Origin: Verrucomicrobiota bacterium
Lineage (GTDB): Bacteria; Verrucomicrobiota; Verrucomicrobiia; Limisphaerales; MWDV01
Assembly (NCBI GenBank): GCA_035411585.1
Contig: DAONTI010000005.1
Coordinates: 20,976 to 84,975, forward strand
Reading direction: 5' to 3'
DNA length: 64,000 nucleotides
A program made the position numbers and the translations under genes. Under the pieces are notes generated by a model, which searched no databases, had not been told where the DNA came from, and was given only the letters and a program-made list of their open reading frames with translations. How positions within the stretch are numbered: the first letter of the stretch is position 1; each line of letters starts with the position of its first letter. Positions 9,070 through 15,885 of this stretch are shown piece after piece.

Positions 9070-10971
9070 ATGGCGGCCAAACCAAAACACAATTACGACG
9101 AGAGCAAGATCAAGACACTGAGTTCGCTGGAGCACATCCGGCTGCGCACCGGCATGTACATCGGACGCATCGGCAACGGCAACCATTACGACGACGGTTG
9201 TTACATCCTGCTCAAGGAGGTCATTGATAACGCCATTGACGAATACATCATGGGCCACGGCAAGGAGGTCGAGATCTCGATTGACGGCACGCACGTCTGC
9301 GTGCGCGATTACGGGCGCGGCATCCCGCTGGGCAAGGTGGTGGATTGTGTTTCCCGCATCAACACGGGCGCCAAATACAACGACGACGTGTTCCAATTCA
9401 GCGTCGGCCTCAACGGCGTCGGCACGAAGGCGGTGAATGCGTTGTCGAAAAACTTCATCGTGCGCAGCCATCGCGACGGTGAATTTGCCGAGGCGCAGTT
9501 CAAAGTGGGCAAGCTCAAGAAGGAGGATGCCGGCAAAACGCGTGAGCCGGACGGGACGTACATTGAGTTCGAGCCGGACCCGACCATTTTCAAGGATACG
9601 GAATTCAAACTGGAACACGTCGAACGCCGGCTGCGCCATTACAGCTACCTGAACACGGGGCTGAAGTTGATTTTGAATTGGGAGGGACGCGTTCCACCAC
9701 GTCCCAAATCAGATGGGGACGGCGTGGAAGCCGTCCCTCCCAGCAACGGACCGATCATTTTCCAATCGCGTCACGGTTTGATGGATTTGGTGATGGAGGA
9801 TTTGTCGAGCGACGGCGGCGAACCGCTTTATCCGCCGCTGCATTACGCGAGCAAGACGTTGGAGTTCTGCTTCACGCACAGCAGCTCGCGCTACGGCGAG
9901 ACGTTTTATTCCTTTGTCAACGGCCAATACACCAGTGACGGCGGCACACACTTGAGTGCGTTCCGCGAAGGTTTGCTCAAGGCGGTGAATGAGTATTGCG
10001 GCGGCAAGTTCGACGGCGACGACGTGCGCGAAGCGATGGTCGGCGCGGTGGCGATCCGACTGAAAGATCCGATGTTCGAATCGCAGACGAAGAACAAACT
10101 GGGCAACACGGAAATTCGCACCGACCTCGTCAACAAGGTGCGCGAGGAGTTGCTGCACTTCTTCCAGCGCAACAAGCAGATCGCCGAAACCATCGTGGCC
10201 AAGGTGAAGGACACACAGGAGTTGCGGAAGGAATTGCAGAATGTGAAGAAGCTCGCACGCGAACGCGCCAAAGCCATCACGTTGCGCATCCCGCAGTTAA
10301 AGGACTGCAAGAACCATTTCGACAAGAAGAAATGCAAGGGCAAGGGCACGATGGTCTTCATCTGCGAAGGCCAGTCCGCCGCCGGCTCGATCACGAGCTG
10401 CCGCGACGTGAACAATCAGGCCGTGTTCGTGCTCAAGGGCAAGCCGCTCAACGTCTGGGATCTCAAGCGCGACGTGATGTACAAGAACGATGAGATGTAC
10501 AATCTCATGCAGGCGCTCAACGTGGAAGACGGCCCGGAAGGTTTGCGTTACGAAAAGGTCATCCTTGCCACCGACGCGGACGTGGACGGCATGCACATCC
10601 GCAACTTGATGATCACCTACTTCTTCAAGTTCTTCGAACAGCTCGTGCAAGCCGGTCACGTTTATGTGCTGGAAACGCCGTTGTTCCGCGTCCGCGACAA
10701 GGAGAAAACGATCTATTGCTACAGTGAAGCTGAACGCGACCAGGCCGTGACCGAACTCGGCGGCAAACCGGAGATTACACGCTTCAAAGGCTTGGGTGAA
10801 ATCAGCCCGAAAGAGTTCGCGCAATTCATCGGCAAGGAAATGCGCTTGAGCAAAGTGGAATACGCCCCGCGCGTCGAATCCGTGCCCATCTTGAATTTCT
10901 ACATGGGCAAGAACACGCCGGAACGGAAGGATTACATCATGGATCAGCTCGTCGTGCCAGTGGAGGAGTGA
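9070..10971 (+). CDS. parE: type IIA DNA topoisomerase subunit B, ParE-like
   Basis: LEHIRLRTGMYIGRIGNG..DGCYILLKEVIDNAIDE, TOPRIM EGQSAAGS and ILATDADVDGMHIRNL. The short (~633 aa) form and the N-terminal motif resemble Bacteroidetes-type topoisomerase IV B rather than GyrB. That assignment is from memory. Confidence 0.75.
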   Translation: MAAKPKHNYDESKIKTLSSLEHIRLRTGMYIGRIGNGNHYDDGCYILLKEVIDNAIDEYIMGHGKEVEISIDGTHVCVRDYGRGIPLGKVVDCVSRINTGAKYNDDVFQFSVGLNGVGTKAVNALSKNFIVRSHRDGEFAEAQFKVGKLKKEDAGKTREPDGTYIEFEPDPTIFKDTEFKLEHVERRLRHYSYLNTGLKLILNWEGRVPPRPKSDGDGVEAVPPSNGPIIFQSRHGLMDLVMEDLSSDGGEPLYPPLHYASKTLEFCFTHSSSRYGETFYSFVNGQYTSDGGTHLSAFREGLLKAVNEYCGGKFDGDDVREAMVGAVAIRLKDPMFESQTKNKLGNTEIRTDLVNKVREELLHFFQRNKQIAETIVAKVKDTQELRKELQNVKKLARERAKAITLRIPQLKDCKNHFDKKKCKGKGTMVFICEGQSAAGSITSCRDVNNQAVFVLKGKPLNVWDLKRDVMYKNDEMYNLMQALNVEDGPEGLRYEKVILATDADVDGMHIRNLMITYFFKFFEQLVQAGHVYVLETPLFRVRDKEKTIYCYSEAERDQAVTELGGKPEITRFKGLGEISPKEFAQFIGKEMRLSKVEYAPRVESVPILNFYMGKNTPERKDYIMDQLVVPVEE

Positions 10972-11038
10972 TGCTCCCGCTCCGCATAGGGGAAAGTCCT
11001 GGGGTGGGGTGGCTTGAACCGCGAAAGACGCGAGCAGA

Positions 11039-11176
11039 ATTTAACGCAAAGACGCAAAGACGCCAAGGAAGTAAGGCAGCAACGCGTGATGCATCAGAGC
11101 GTCAAGCTGGTGCGCGCAGAGGATGCGGCATGCTTGCTCACAGTTACCTTTGCGACTCTGCGTCTTGGCGTTAAAT
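11039..11176. repeat. imperfect inverted repeat: 30-nt arms (11039..11068 / 11147..11176), 78-nt spacer
   Basis: Hand pairing gives 26 Watson-Crick pairs out of 30. The arms read TTTAACGCAAAGACGCAAAGACGCCAAGG and CCTTTGCGACTCTGCGTCTTGGCGTTAAA. The right arm and spacer supply the last ~27 codons of the 11094..11459 ORF. Confidence 0.7.
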
Positions 11177-11459
11177 CAAATCCAGGTTCGCCTGTGCGGC
11201 CACACACGTCTGGCGTGCTCAGCGGTTTGCCTTGTTTGGCGCGCTGCTGGCGCAAGGCGGCGACCCGCGCCGAATCCTGAAAATTCAGTCCCCGCGCGAA
11301 ATGCACCCGCGCCAGCGTCCGCTGCCGCGCCGCGCTGTGGCCGCGCGAGAGAAACTCCGCGTGGCTGACCGGGTTGACATGCACGCGCGTCCGCCGGGAG
11401 AACTGCTGGCCGCCGAAATACAGGTTGCCGACGAAACTGGTATCCGCGTAAAACTTCAT
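11094..11459 (-). CDS. PIN-domain (VapC-like) toxin ORF, probably 3'-disrupted
   Basis: MKFYADTSFVGNLY is a PIN-type N-terminus, and the start is ATGA-coupled to the upstream 66-aa ORF. From about codon 95 the ORF is encoded by the inverted-repeat element (TPRRRVAKVTVSKHAASSARTSLTL), so the C-terminal acidic residue region is likely lost. Confidence 0.5.
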   Translation of the reverse strand: MKFYADTSFVGNLYFGGQQFSRRTRVHVNPVSHAEFLSRGHSAARQRTLARVHFARGLNFQDSARVAALRQQRAKQGKPLSTPDVCGRTGEPGFDLTPRRRVAKVTVSKHAASSARTSLTL

Positions 11460-11656
11460 CGGGCCCGCCCCTTTCTCATCGCCTCTACCACCCGGGATCC
11501 GCGCCGACCCAAACGCTCCAAGTCCGCGTTCAATTGCGCCAGTTCGGCCTCCGTCAGTGCCGGCGCGGCGGGCGCCACCGCCGGGCCGTCCACACCGGCG
11601 CGCAACTCCCGCTCAGACCGGATGAGCCGACTGGCATTAGCGATCTGCTTTTTCAT
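11456..11656 (-). CDS. putative antitoxin (66 aa) of the downstream PIN ORF
   Basis: Small ORF MKKQIANASRLIRSERELRAG..TEAELAQLNADLERLGRRG. Its stop overlaps the PIN start (ATGA at 11456..11459). The call rests on position and size only. Confidence 0.45.
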   Translation of the reverse strand: MKKQIANASRLIRSERELRAGVDGPAVAPAAPALTEAELAQLNADLERLGRRGSRVVEAMRKGRAR

Positions 11657-11822
11657 CGCGGTAGATGCGCTTCAACTCTTTGACAAACGCGGGCTCGGAC
11701 AGCGGCGGAAAAACGTGCGTCTTGATTACGTCGCTCCAAGTGTCGCCGGGCCGTTTCCGGCTGCGGAGAATCCGGTAGGCTTCGATGTCCACCGTAATCG
11801 TGACTCGTTTACGCTTCTTCAT
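11637..11822 (-). CDS. VapB-type small antitoxin (PF02697-like), full-length copy
   Basis: MKKRKRVTITVDIEAYRILRSRKRPGDTWSDVIKTHVFPP fits the ITVxxxxYxxLxxxKxpGeSFSDVI pattern of the putative VapB antitoxin family (recalled, not searched). Confidence 0.55.
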   Translation of the reverse strand: MKKRKRVTITVDIEAYRILRSRKRPGDTWSDVIKTHVFPPLSEPAFVKELKRIYRDEKADR

Positions 11823-11850
11823 GCACGCAATTTGCACGCTTCCGTCGCCA
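11742..11850. repeat. 109-bp direct repeat, copy 1
   Basis: Identical to 12031..12139 except for 2 substitutions (hand alignment). It spans the stop of a PIN stub and the first 27 codons of the VapB-type antitoxin. Confidence 0.9.
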
Positions 11851-11932
11851 ACAGGGCCCGAAGCCGCGCGGGAGGAACTTCCGGCATCGTCACAGCGTTC
11901 GCCCAAGGGGCGGTATCCAGGAGGTAGCGCAT
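11819..11932 (-). pseudogene. PIN toxin N-terminal stub (37 codons)
   Basis: MRYLLDTAPWANAVTMPEVPPARLRALLATEACKLRA* has an N-terminus typical of VapC (MRxLLDT). It ends at a stop inside repeat copy 1. The start overlaps the upstream ORF stop (TGATG). Confidence 0.45.
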
Positions 11933-12111
11933 CAGTAGTTATCCCCCCATTCATTCCTGGGCACGGGCGCGGTGGAGAGCGGCCGGCCCTTGGCCAGATG
12001 CTTGCCGGCGCCCACAAACGCGCGCGGCTTGTCGCCGGGCCGTTTCCGGCTGCGGAGAATCCGGTAGGCTTCGGTGTCCACCGTAATCGTGACTCGTTTA
12101 CGCTTCTTCAT
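11932..12111 (-). CDS. chimeric/truncated second copy of the VapB-type antitoxin
   Basis: MKKRKRVTITVDTEAYRILRSRKRPGD is identical to the 11822 copy apart from I/T, then diverges (KPRAFVGAGKHLAKGRPLSTAPVPRNEWGDNY*). Confidence 0.4.
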   Translation of the reverse strand: MKKRKRVTITVDTEAYRILRSRKRPGDKPRAFVGAGKHLAKGRPLSTAPVPRNEWGDNY

Positions 12112-12139
12112 GCACGCAATTTGCACGCTTCCATCGCCA
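12031..12139. repeat. 109-bp direct repeat, copy 2
   Basis: See copy 1. Differences: A/G at 11784 vs 12073 and G/A at 11844 vs 12133. Confidence 0.9.
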
Positions 12140-12215
12140 CCAGACAAGCGTGCGCTTCACCATGCCAGCCCGCGCCGCTGACGATCACGTTGGCATCGAA
12201 CACCACCGGAATCAT
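12108..12215 (-). pseudogene. PIN toxin N-terminal stub (35 codons)
   Basis: MIPVVFDANVIVSGAGWHGEAHACLVAMEACKLRA* follows the VVxDxNVxVS pattern of PIN-family toxins. It is ATGA-coupled to the 90-aa ORF upstream and stops inside repeat copy 2. Confidence 0.45.
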
Positions 12216-12484
12216 GGCTGCCACTTCTCCTTGAGCATCTGCCGCCGGACGCGCCGGGCGGTGGCCACAATGTCTTTCACCGGTTCGGGGCCGGGCGGCG
12301 CGCCCTGGATGGCGTCGGCCAGAAATTTCACATCCGCGTCAATCTGGGCCTGGCGCCGTTGCCGGCGCAGTTTGGAGAAGGAGGCGCTGGCGGTGCCAGA
12401 GCCGCCCTCGCGAATCTCCGCCTTCGCAAAATCCGACAACACCGGTGCCAGCGGTTGGTTGTCCAAGGTGACTTTAGCTTTCAT
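12212..12484 (-). CDS. putative antitoxin-like small protein (90 aa)
   Basis: MKAKVTLDNQPLAPVLSDFAKAEIREGG... The call is positional: it lies between a Phd/YefM antitoxin and a PIN stub and overlaps both neighbours. Confidence 0.35.
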   Translation of the reverse strand: MKAKVTLDNQPLAPVLSDFAKAEIREGGSGTASASFSKLRRQRRQAQIDADVKFLADAIQGAPPGPEPVKDIVATARRVRRQMLKEKWQP

Positions 12485-12716
12485 CCAGGGCGGTCAGCGG
12501 ATGGTCTTTGGCTTTGCCGGCCCGGGCGCGGCGCACGGCTTTCATCGCCTCCGGGTTGGCGAGAATTTCCATTTGCTCCAATAATAATTGCATCCGCGCC
12601 CGCGGCACCACGAACGCCACCACTTCGCCGTTGCGGGTGATGGGCGTGGTTTCCTTGCGGCGGCACACGGCGGGAAATATCGCCTGTCCCTTGCTCACAC
12701 TCAACGTAGTTTTCAT
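12474..12716 (-). CDS. Phd/YefM-family antitoxin
   Basis: MKTTLSVSKGQAIFPAVCRRKETTPITRNGEVVAFVVPRARMQLLLEQMEILANPEAM fits the Phd/YefM pattern (N-terminal beta-alpha with ItrnGepvAvlvp). The track ORF extends to 12824 through a non-coding-looking leader. Confidence 0.65.
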   Translation of the reverse strand: MKTTLSVSKGQAIFPAVCRRKETTPITRNGEVVAFVVPRARMQLLLEQMEILANPEAMKAVRRARAGKAKDHPLTALDES

Positions 12717-12750
12717 GTCAAAAACTGCGTAGCGCACAATCTCGCCGGGA

Positions 12751-13069
12751 TCAATCCCGTATCCAAACGTGCCGGGTGTGCGGGGTATCGTGATACACCG
12801 CCACCAGCCAGTTCGCGTCGGCAAAGGCTATTCGGGGGCCAGGCGTCGTTGGAAGTCGGCCGCCGAAACCTTCGGCCGGGCGCGTTTCAGGATGTCCCGC
12901 CAGCGCCGGGCGCGCGGTGGAGTTCGCGTTCGATTAACCCGTTGCGTTTTTCCGACACGTTACCCCGGGCGGCCCTGATACCGTTGGTACGGGCGAAGGC
13001 GACCAGTTTCTGATGCAACCCATGACGGTCGGTCCGCATACGATACAATTCAAAGTAGGTGCTGTGCAC
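12751..13069 (-). pseudogene. decayed TA module: frameshifted RHH-like antitoxin plus PIN stub
   Basis: 13069..12887 reads ..MRTDRHGLHQKLVAFARTNGIRAARGNVSEKRNGLIEREL.. then needs a frame change (..RARRWRDILKRARPKVSAADFQRRLAPE*). It is followed by IAFADANWLVAVYHDTPHTRHVWIRD* (about 12830..12751), a PIN-type N-terminus with no ATG. Confidence 0.3.
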
Positions 13070-13100
13070 CGCTAGAGGATGGCCGATTTTCCGCGCCGCG

Positions 13101-13128
13101 GCAGCGCCTCCTCCGGAGGAGGCGCTGC
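13101..13128. promoter_or_regulatory. 28-bp perfect palindrome GCAGCGCCTCCTCCGGAGGAGGCGCTGC (candidate operator or REP-like hairpin)
   Basis: Verified base by base as its own reverse complement. It lies in the divergent region between the TA island (minus) and the TPR gene (plus). Confidence 0.5.
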
Positions 13129-13262
13129 AGTTTCCTTCTGCGCTGGGCGCTTAACACCTTGAGCTTCACCATCGGGGGGTCACGATCTCCCCAGTCTTTC
13201 CCATTCCACCGGATTTATCGGCTTGCCTTTCCCCGTGCGGCCCGGAACATTGGCGGCCCTGT

Positions 13263-13979
13263 ATGGATGCAAGTGTTACACAATCACAACCAGCTTGGTG
13301 GATGCAGTTTTACGCTTGGGCGGAGGCGCGCAAGCAGCAACTCATTTACGGAGGAGCGGGCGTTTTGCTTGTCGGCGTGATCGTGGCCTATGTGCTTTAT
13401 CACCGGGCGGAACGGGAAAAAGAAGCCGGCGCGGCTTTGTCCCGGATTGTGTCGGCGGCCCAAATCAGCGGGGACCGGCGTGAAGATCCCGCCGAGTTCC
13501 TGAAAATTGTGACCCGCTATCCCGGGTCCAAGGCGGCGGGCCAAGCGGTATTGCGCGCGGCCACCGCGTATTTTGCGGACAACCAGTTCACCGAGGCGCA
13601 GACGCAATATGAGCGGTTTTTGCGCGAGTACCGGGAAAGTCCGCTGGCGGGGCAGGCGGCGTTTGGGGTGGCGGTTTGCCTGGACGCCCAAGGGCGGACG
13701 GCGGAAGCGTCCGAGCGTTATCAAAACCTTATCGAACGGCGGCCCTATGACAGCATGATCCCGCAGGTGCGTCTCAAGCTGGCGCGGATTTACGAGGCGC
13801 AAGACCAACCCGCCAAGGCCCAAAAGCTTTACGAAGAGGTGACCCGCGCTTCCGCGTTTGGGGCCACGGGGGCGGAGGCCCATTCCCGGCTGCAACGATT
13901 GCTGGCGCAACATCCGGAACTCGCCGCCCCGCCGGCGGGCGTGACGAATTCGCCGGTCATCAATCTCAGCCAGCCTTAA
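13263..13979 (+). CDS. membrane-anchored tetratricopeptide-repeat protein
   Basis: One TM helix (LIYGGAGVLLVGVIVAYVLY) followed by TPR-like helical repeats (AAYFADNQFTEAQTQYERFL.., LKLARIYEAQDQPAKAQKLYEEV). Confidence 0.7.
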   Translation: MDASVTQSQPAWWMQFYAWAEARKQQLIYGGAGVLLVGVIVAYVLYHRAEREKEAGAALSRIVSAAQISGDRREDPAEFLKIVTRYPGSKAAGQAVLRAATAYFADNQFTEAQTQYERFLREYRESPLAGQAAFGVAVCLDAQGRTAEASERYQNLIERRPYDSMIPQVRLKLARIYEAQDQPAKAQKLYEEVTRASAFGATGAEAHSRLQRLLAQHPELAAPPAGVTNSPVINLSQP

Positions 13980-14048
13980 CTGCGGAGGATTGGCGTTGTT
14001 GCGATGCCACCCGCCGGTGCCGCCCGGCGGCCGGCCCGAAAGACCGTT

Positions 14049-15338
14049 ATGAAGTTGAGCATCATTGGCACGGGGTACGTGGGGTTGACCACCGGCGCGT
14101 GCTTCGCGGAAGTCGGGCACGAGGTGATCTGTGTGGACAACGACACCGCCAAGGTCCAGATGCTGCTGGACGGCGGCATTCCCATTTACGAACCCGGCCT
14201 CGAAGAACTGGTGCAACGAAATGTCGCCGCAGGGCGTCTGCGGTTTACCACGCACATCGCCGAAGGCGTCAGCCAATCCGGGGTTGTCTTCATTGCCGTG
14301 CCCACACCACCGCAACCCGACGGCTCAGTGGATTTGAGTTTTATTGAACGGGTGGCCCGGGAGATCGCCGGTGCGATGACCAGCTACAAGATCGTCGTGG
14401 ACAAAAGCACCGTGCCCGTCAACACCGGCGATAAAGTCGCCGAGACGATCCGGCGCTACGGCAAAACCGGCGTCGAGTGCGACGTGGTCAGCAACCCGGA
14501 ATTTTTGCGCGAGGGCTTCGCGGTCGAGGACTTGATGCGGCCCGACCGCATCGTGGTGGGGGTGCGCTCGCCACGTCCGGTGGCCACGATGAAGGAAATC
14601 TACGCGCCCTTCGACGCGCCCGTGCTGGTCACCGACATCAATTCGGCCGAGCTGATCAAACACGCGTCCAATTCATTTCTCGCCCTGAAAATCTCCTACA
14701 TCAATGCCATCTCCGTGCTCTGCGAGGCAACCGGTGCCAACATCCAGGAAGTGGCCAACGGCATGGGCATGGACGTCCGCATTGGCCGGCGTTTTCTGCA
14801 GGCGGGACTGGGCTTCGGCGGCAGTTGTTTCCCCAAAGACCTCAGCGCGTTCATCAAGATCGCCGAACAAATCGGCTACGATTTCCGTCTGCTGAAGGAA
14901 GTCCAGCGCATCAACACCGAACAGATGCAGCGCTTTCTGCGCAAAATCACCGACACCCTGTGGGTGCTCAAAGACAAAACCATTGGGGTGCTGGGGCTGG
15001 CCTTCAAACAAAACACCGACGACGTGCGCATGTCGCCGGCGATCGAATTGTGCCAACGGTTGCAAAAAGAGGGCGCGCGGCTCCGCGTTCATGATCCCAA
15101 GGCGATGGATAAAGCCCGGGGCGTGCTCCAGGACGTGACTTTTGTGGACGACATGAACACCGTGGCGGAGGGGTGCGACGCGCTTGTGGTGGCCACGGAA
15201 TGGGATGATTTCAAACAGCTTGACCTTGAGCGCGCCCGCAAAGCGTTGACGCATCCCATTTTGTTCGATGGACGGAATCTGTTTGATCCGGAGGAAATGG
15301 AACAACGGGGCTGGATTTACAAGAGCGTGGGACGCTGA
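14049..15338 (+). CDS. ugd: UDP-glucose 6-dehydrogenase
   Basis: MKLSIIGTGYVGLTTGACFAEVGHEV (Rossmann GxGxxG), catalytic GFGGSCFPKD, and C-terminal UDP-binding domain. The ATG at 14049 is preferred over the track start at 14004. Confidence 0.9.
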   Translation: MKLSIIGTGYVGLTTGACFAEVGHEVICVDNDTAKVQMLLDGGIPIYEPGLEELVQRNVAAGRLRFTTHIAEGVSQSGVVFIAVPTPPQPDGSVDLSFIERVAREIAGAMTSYKIVVDKSTVPVNTGDKVAETIRRYGKTGVECDVVSNPEFLREGFAVEDLMRPDRIVVGVRSPRPVATMKEIYAPFDAPVLVTDINSAELIKHASNSFLALKISYINAISVLCEATGANIQEVANGMGMDVRIGRRFLQAGLGFGGSCFPKDLSAFIKIAEQIGYDFRLLKEVQRINTEQMQRFLRKITDTLWVLKDKTIGVLGLAFKQNTDDVRMSPAIELCQRLQKEGARLRVHDPKAMDKARGVLQDVTFVDDMNTVAEGCDALVVATEWDDFKQLDLERARKALTHPILFDGRNLFDPEEMEQRGWIYKSVGR

Positions 15339-15439
15339 CCATGCCGCCCAAGTTCCTAAGACGTTCCCGTGTCCGAACGGCGGGGCGTTGCCGGAAAATC
15401 CGGTCCCGGACTGAATACCCCCAGCTTTTTCACTACTCC

Positions 15440-15853
15440 ATGAACCCTCCGATTGAAGTCAGCGCCGGCTTGGTTTTCCGCGATGGCCAGTTGCTTATCA
15501 CACAACGCCGGGCGGGGTCGCACCTCGGCGGGTTATGGGAATTTCCCGGCGGCAAACGGGAAGCCGGGGAAACCTTGGAACAATGTCTTGCGCGCGAGTT
15601 GCGGGAGGAACTGGGCATCCAGGTGCGGGTGGGCGTGCGGTTTGATACGGTCACCCACACCTACCCGGAAAAGAGTGTACGATTGGAATTTTTCCTCTGC
15701 CGATTGATCGCCGGCGAACCGCAGCCGTTGGGCTGCGCGGGCCTTCGCTGGATTCGACCGGAGGACTTGGACGCGGTGGCGTTTCCGCCGGCGGACGCCC
15801 GGATCATTGAACGGTTGAAATCCACGCCCACCCTTTGGCAAACGCCAGCGTGA
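15440..15853 (+). CDS. NUDIX hydrolase, MutT-like (d)NTP pyrophosphohydrolase
   Basis: Nudix box GLWEFPGGKREAGETLEQCLARELREELG. The ATG at 15440 (MNPPIEVSAGLVF) is preferred over 15341. Confidence 0.8.
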   Translation: MNPPIEVSAGLVFRDGQLLITQRRAGSHLGGLWEFPGGKREAGETLEQCLARELREELGIQVRVGVRFDTVTHTYPEKSVRLEFFLCRLIAGEPQPLGCAGLRWIRPEDLDAVAFPPADARIIERLKSTPTLWQTPA

Positions 15854-15885
15854 CGGAGCCGAAAGAGTTTTTGCCGGTGCCGCCG

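Noticed and set aside
11742-12139. The two 109-bp repeats as a CRISPR-like or integron-cassette array
   Set aside because: There are only two copies, they are far longer than CRISPR repeats, they are protein-coding (toxin stop / antitoxin start), and no cas or intI genes or attC-like sites were recognised.
13284-14315. 343-aa minus-strand ORF antisense to the TPR and ugd genes
   Set aside because: Arg/Pro/Gly-rich composition, and it overlaps two well-supported plus-strand genes. It is a typical antisense shadow ORF. The same reasoning applies to 4552..5535, 7245..8060, 20893..21819, 23483..24364, 25157..26320, 40298..41146, 44067..44903, 47241..48320, 48534..49445, 53130..54257, 58023..59234 and 59950..60738.
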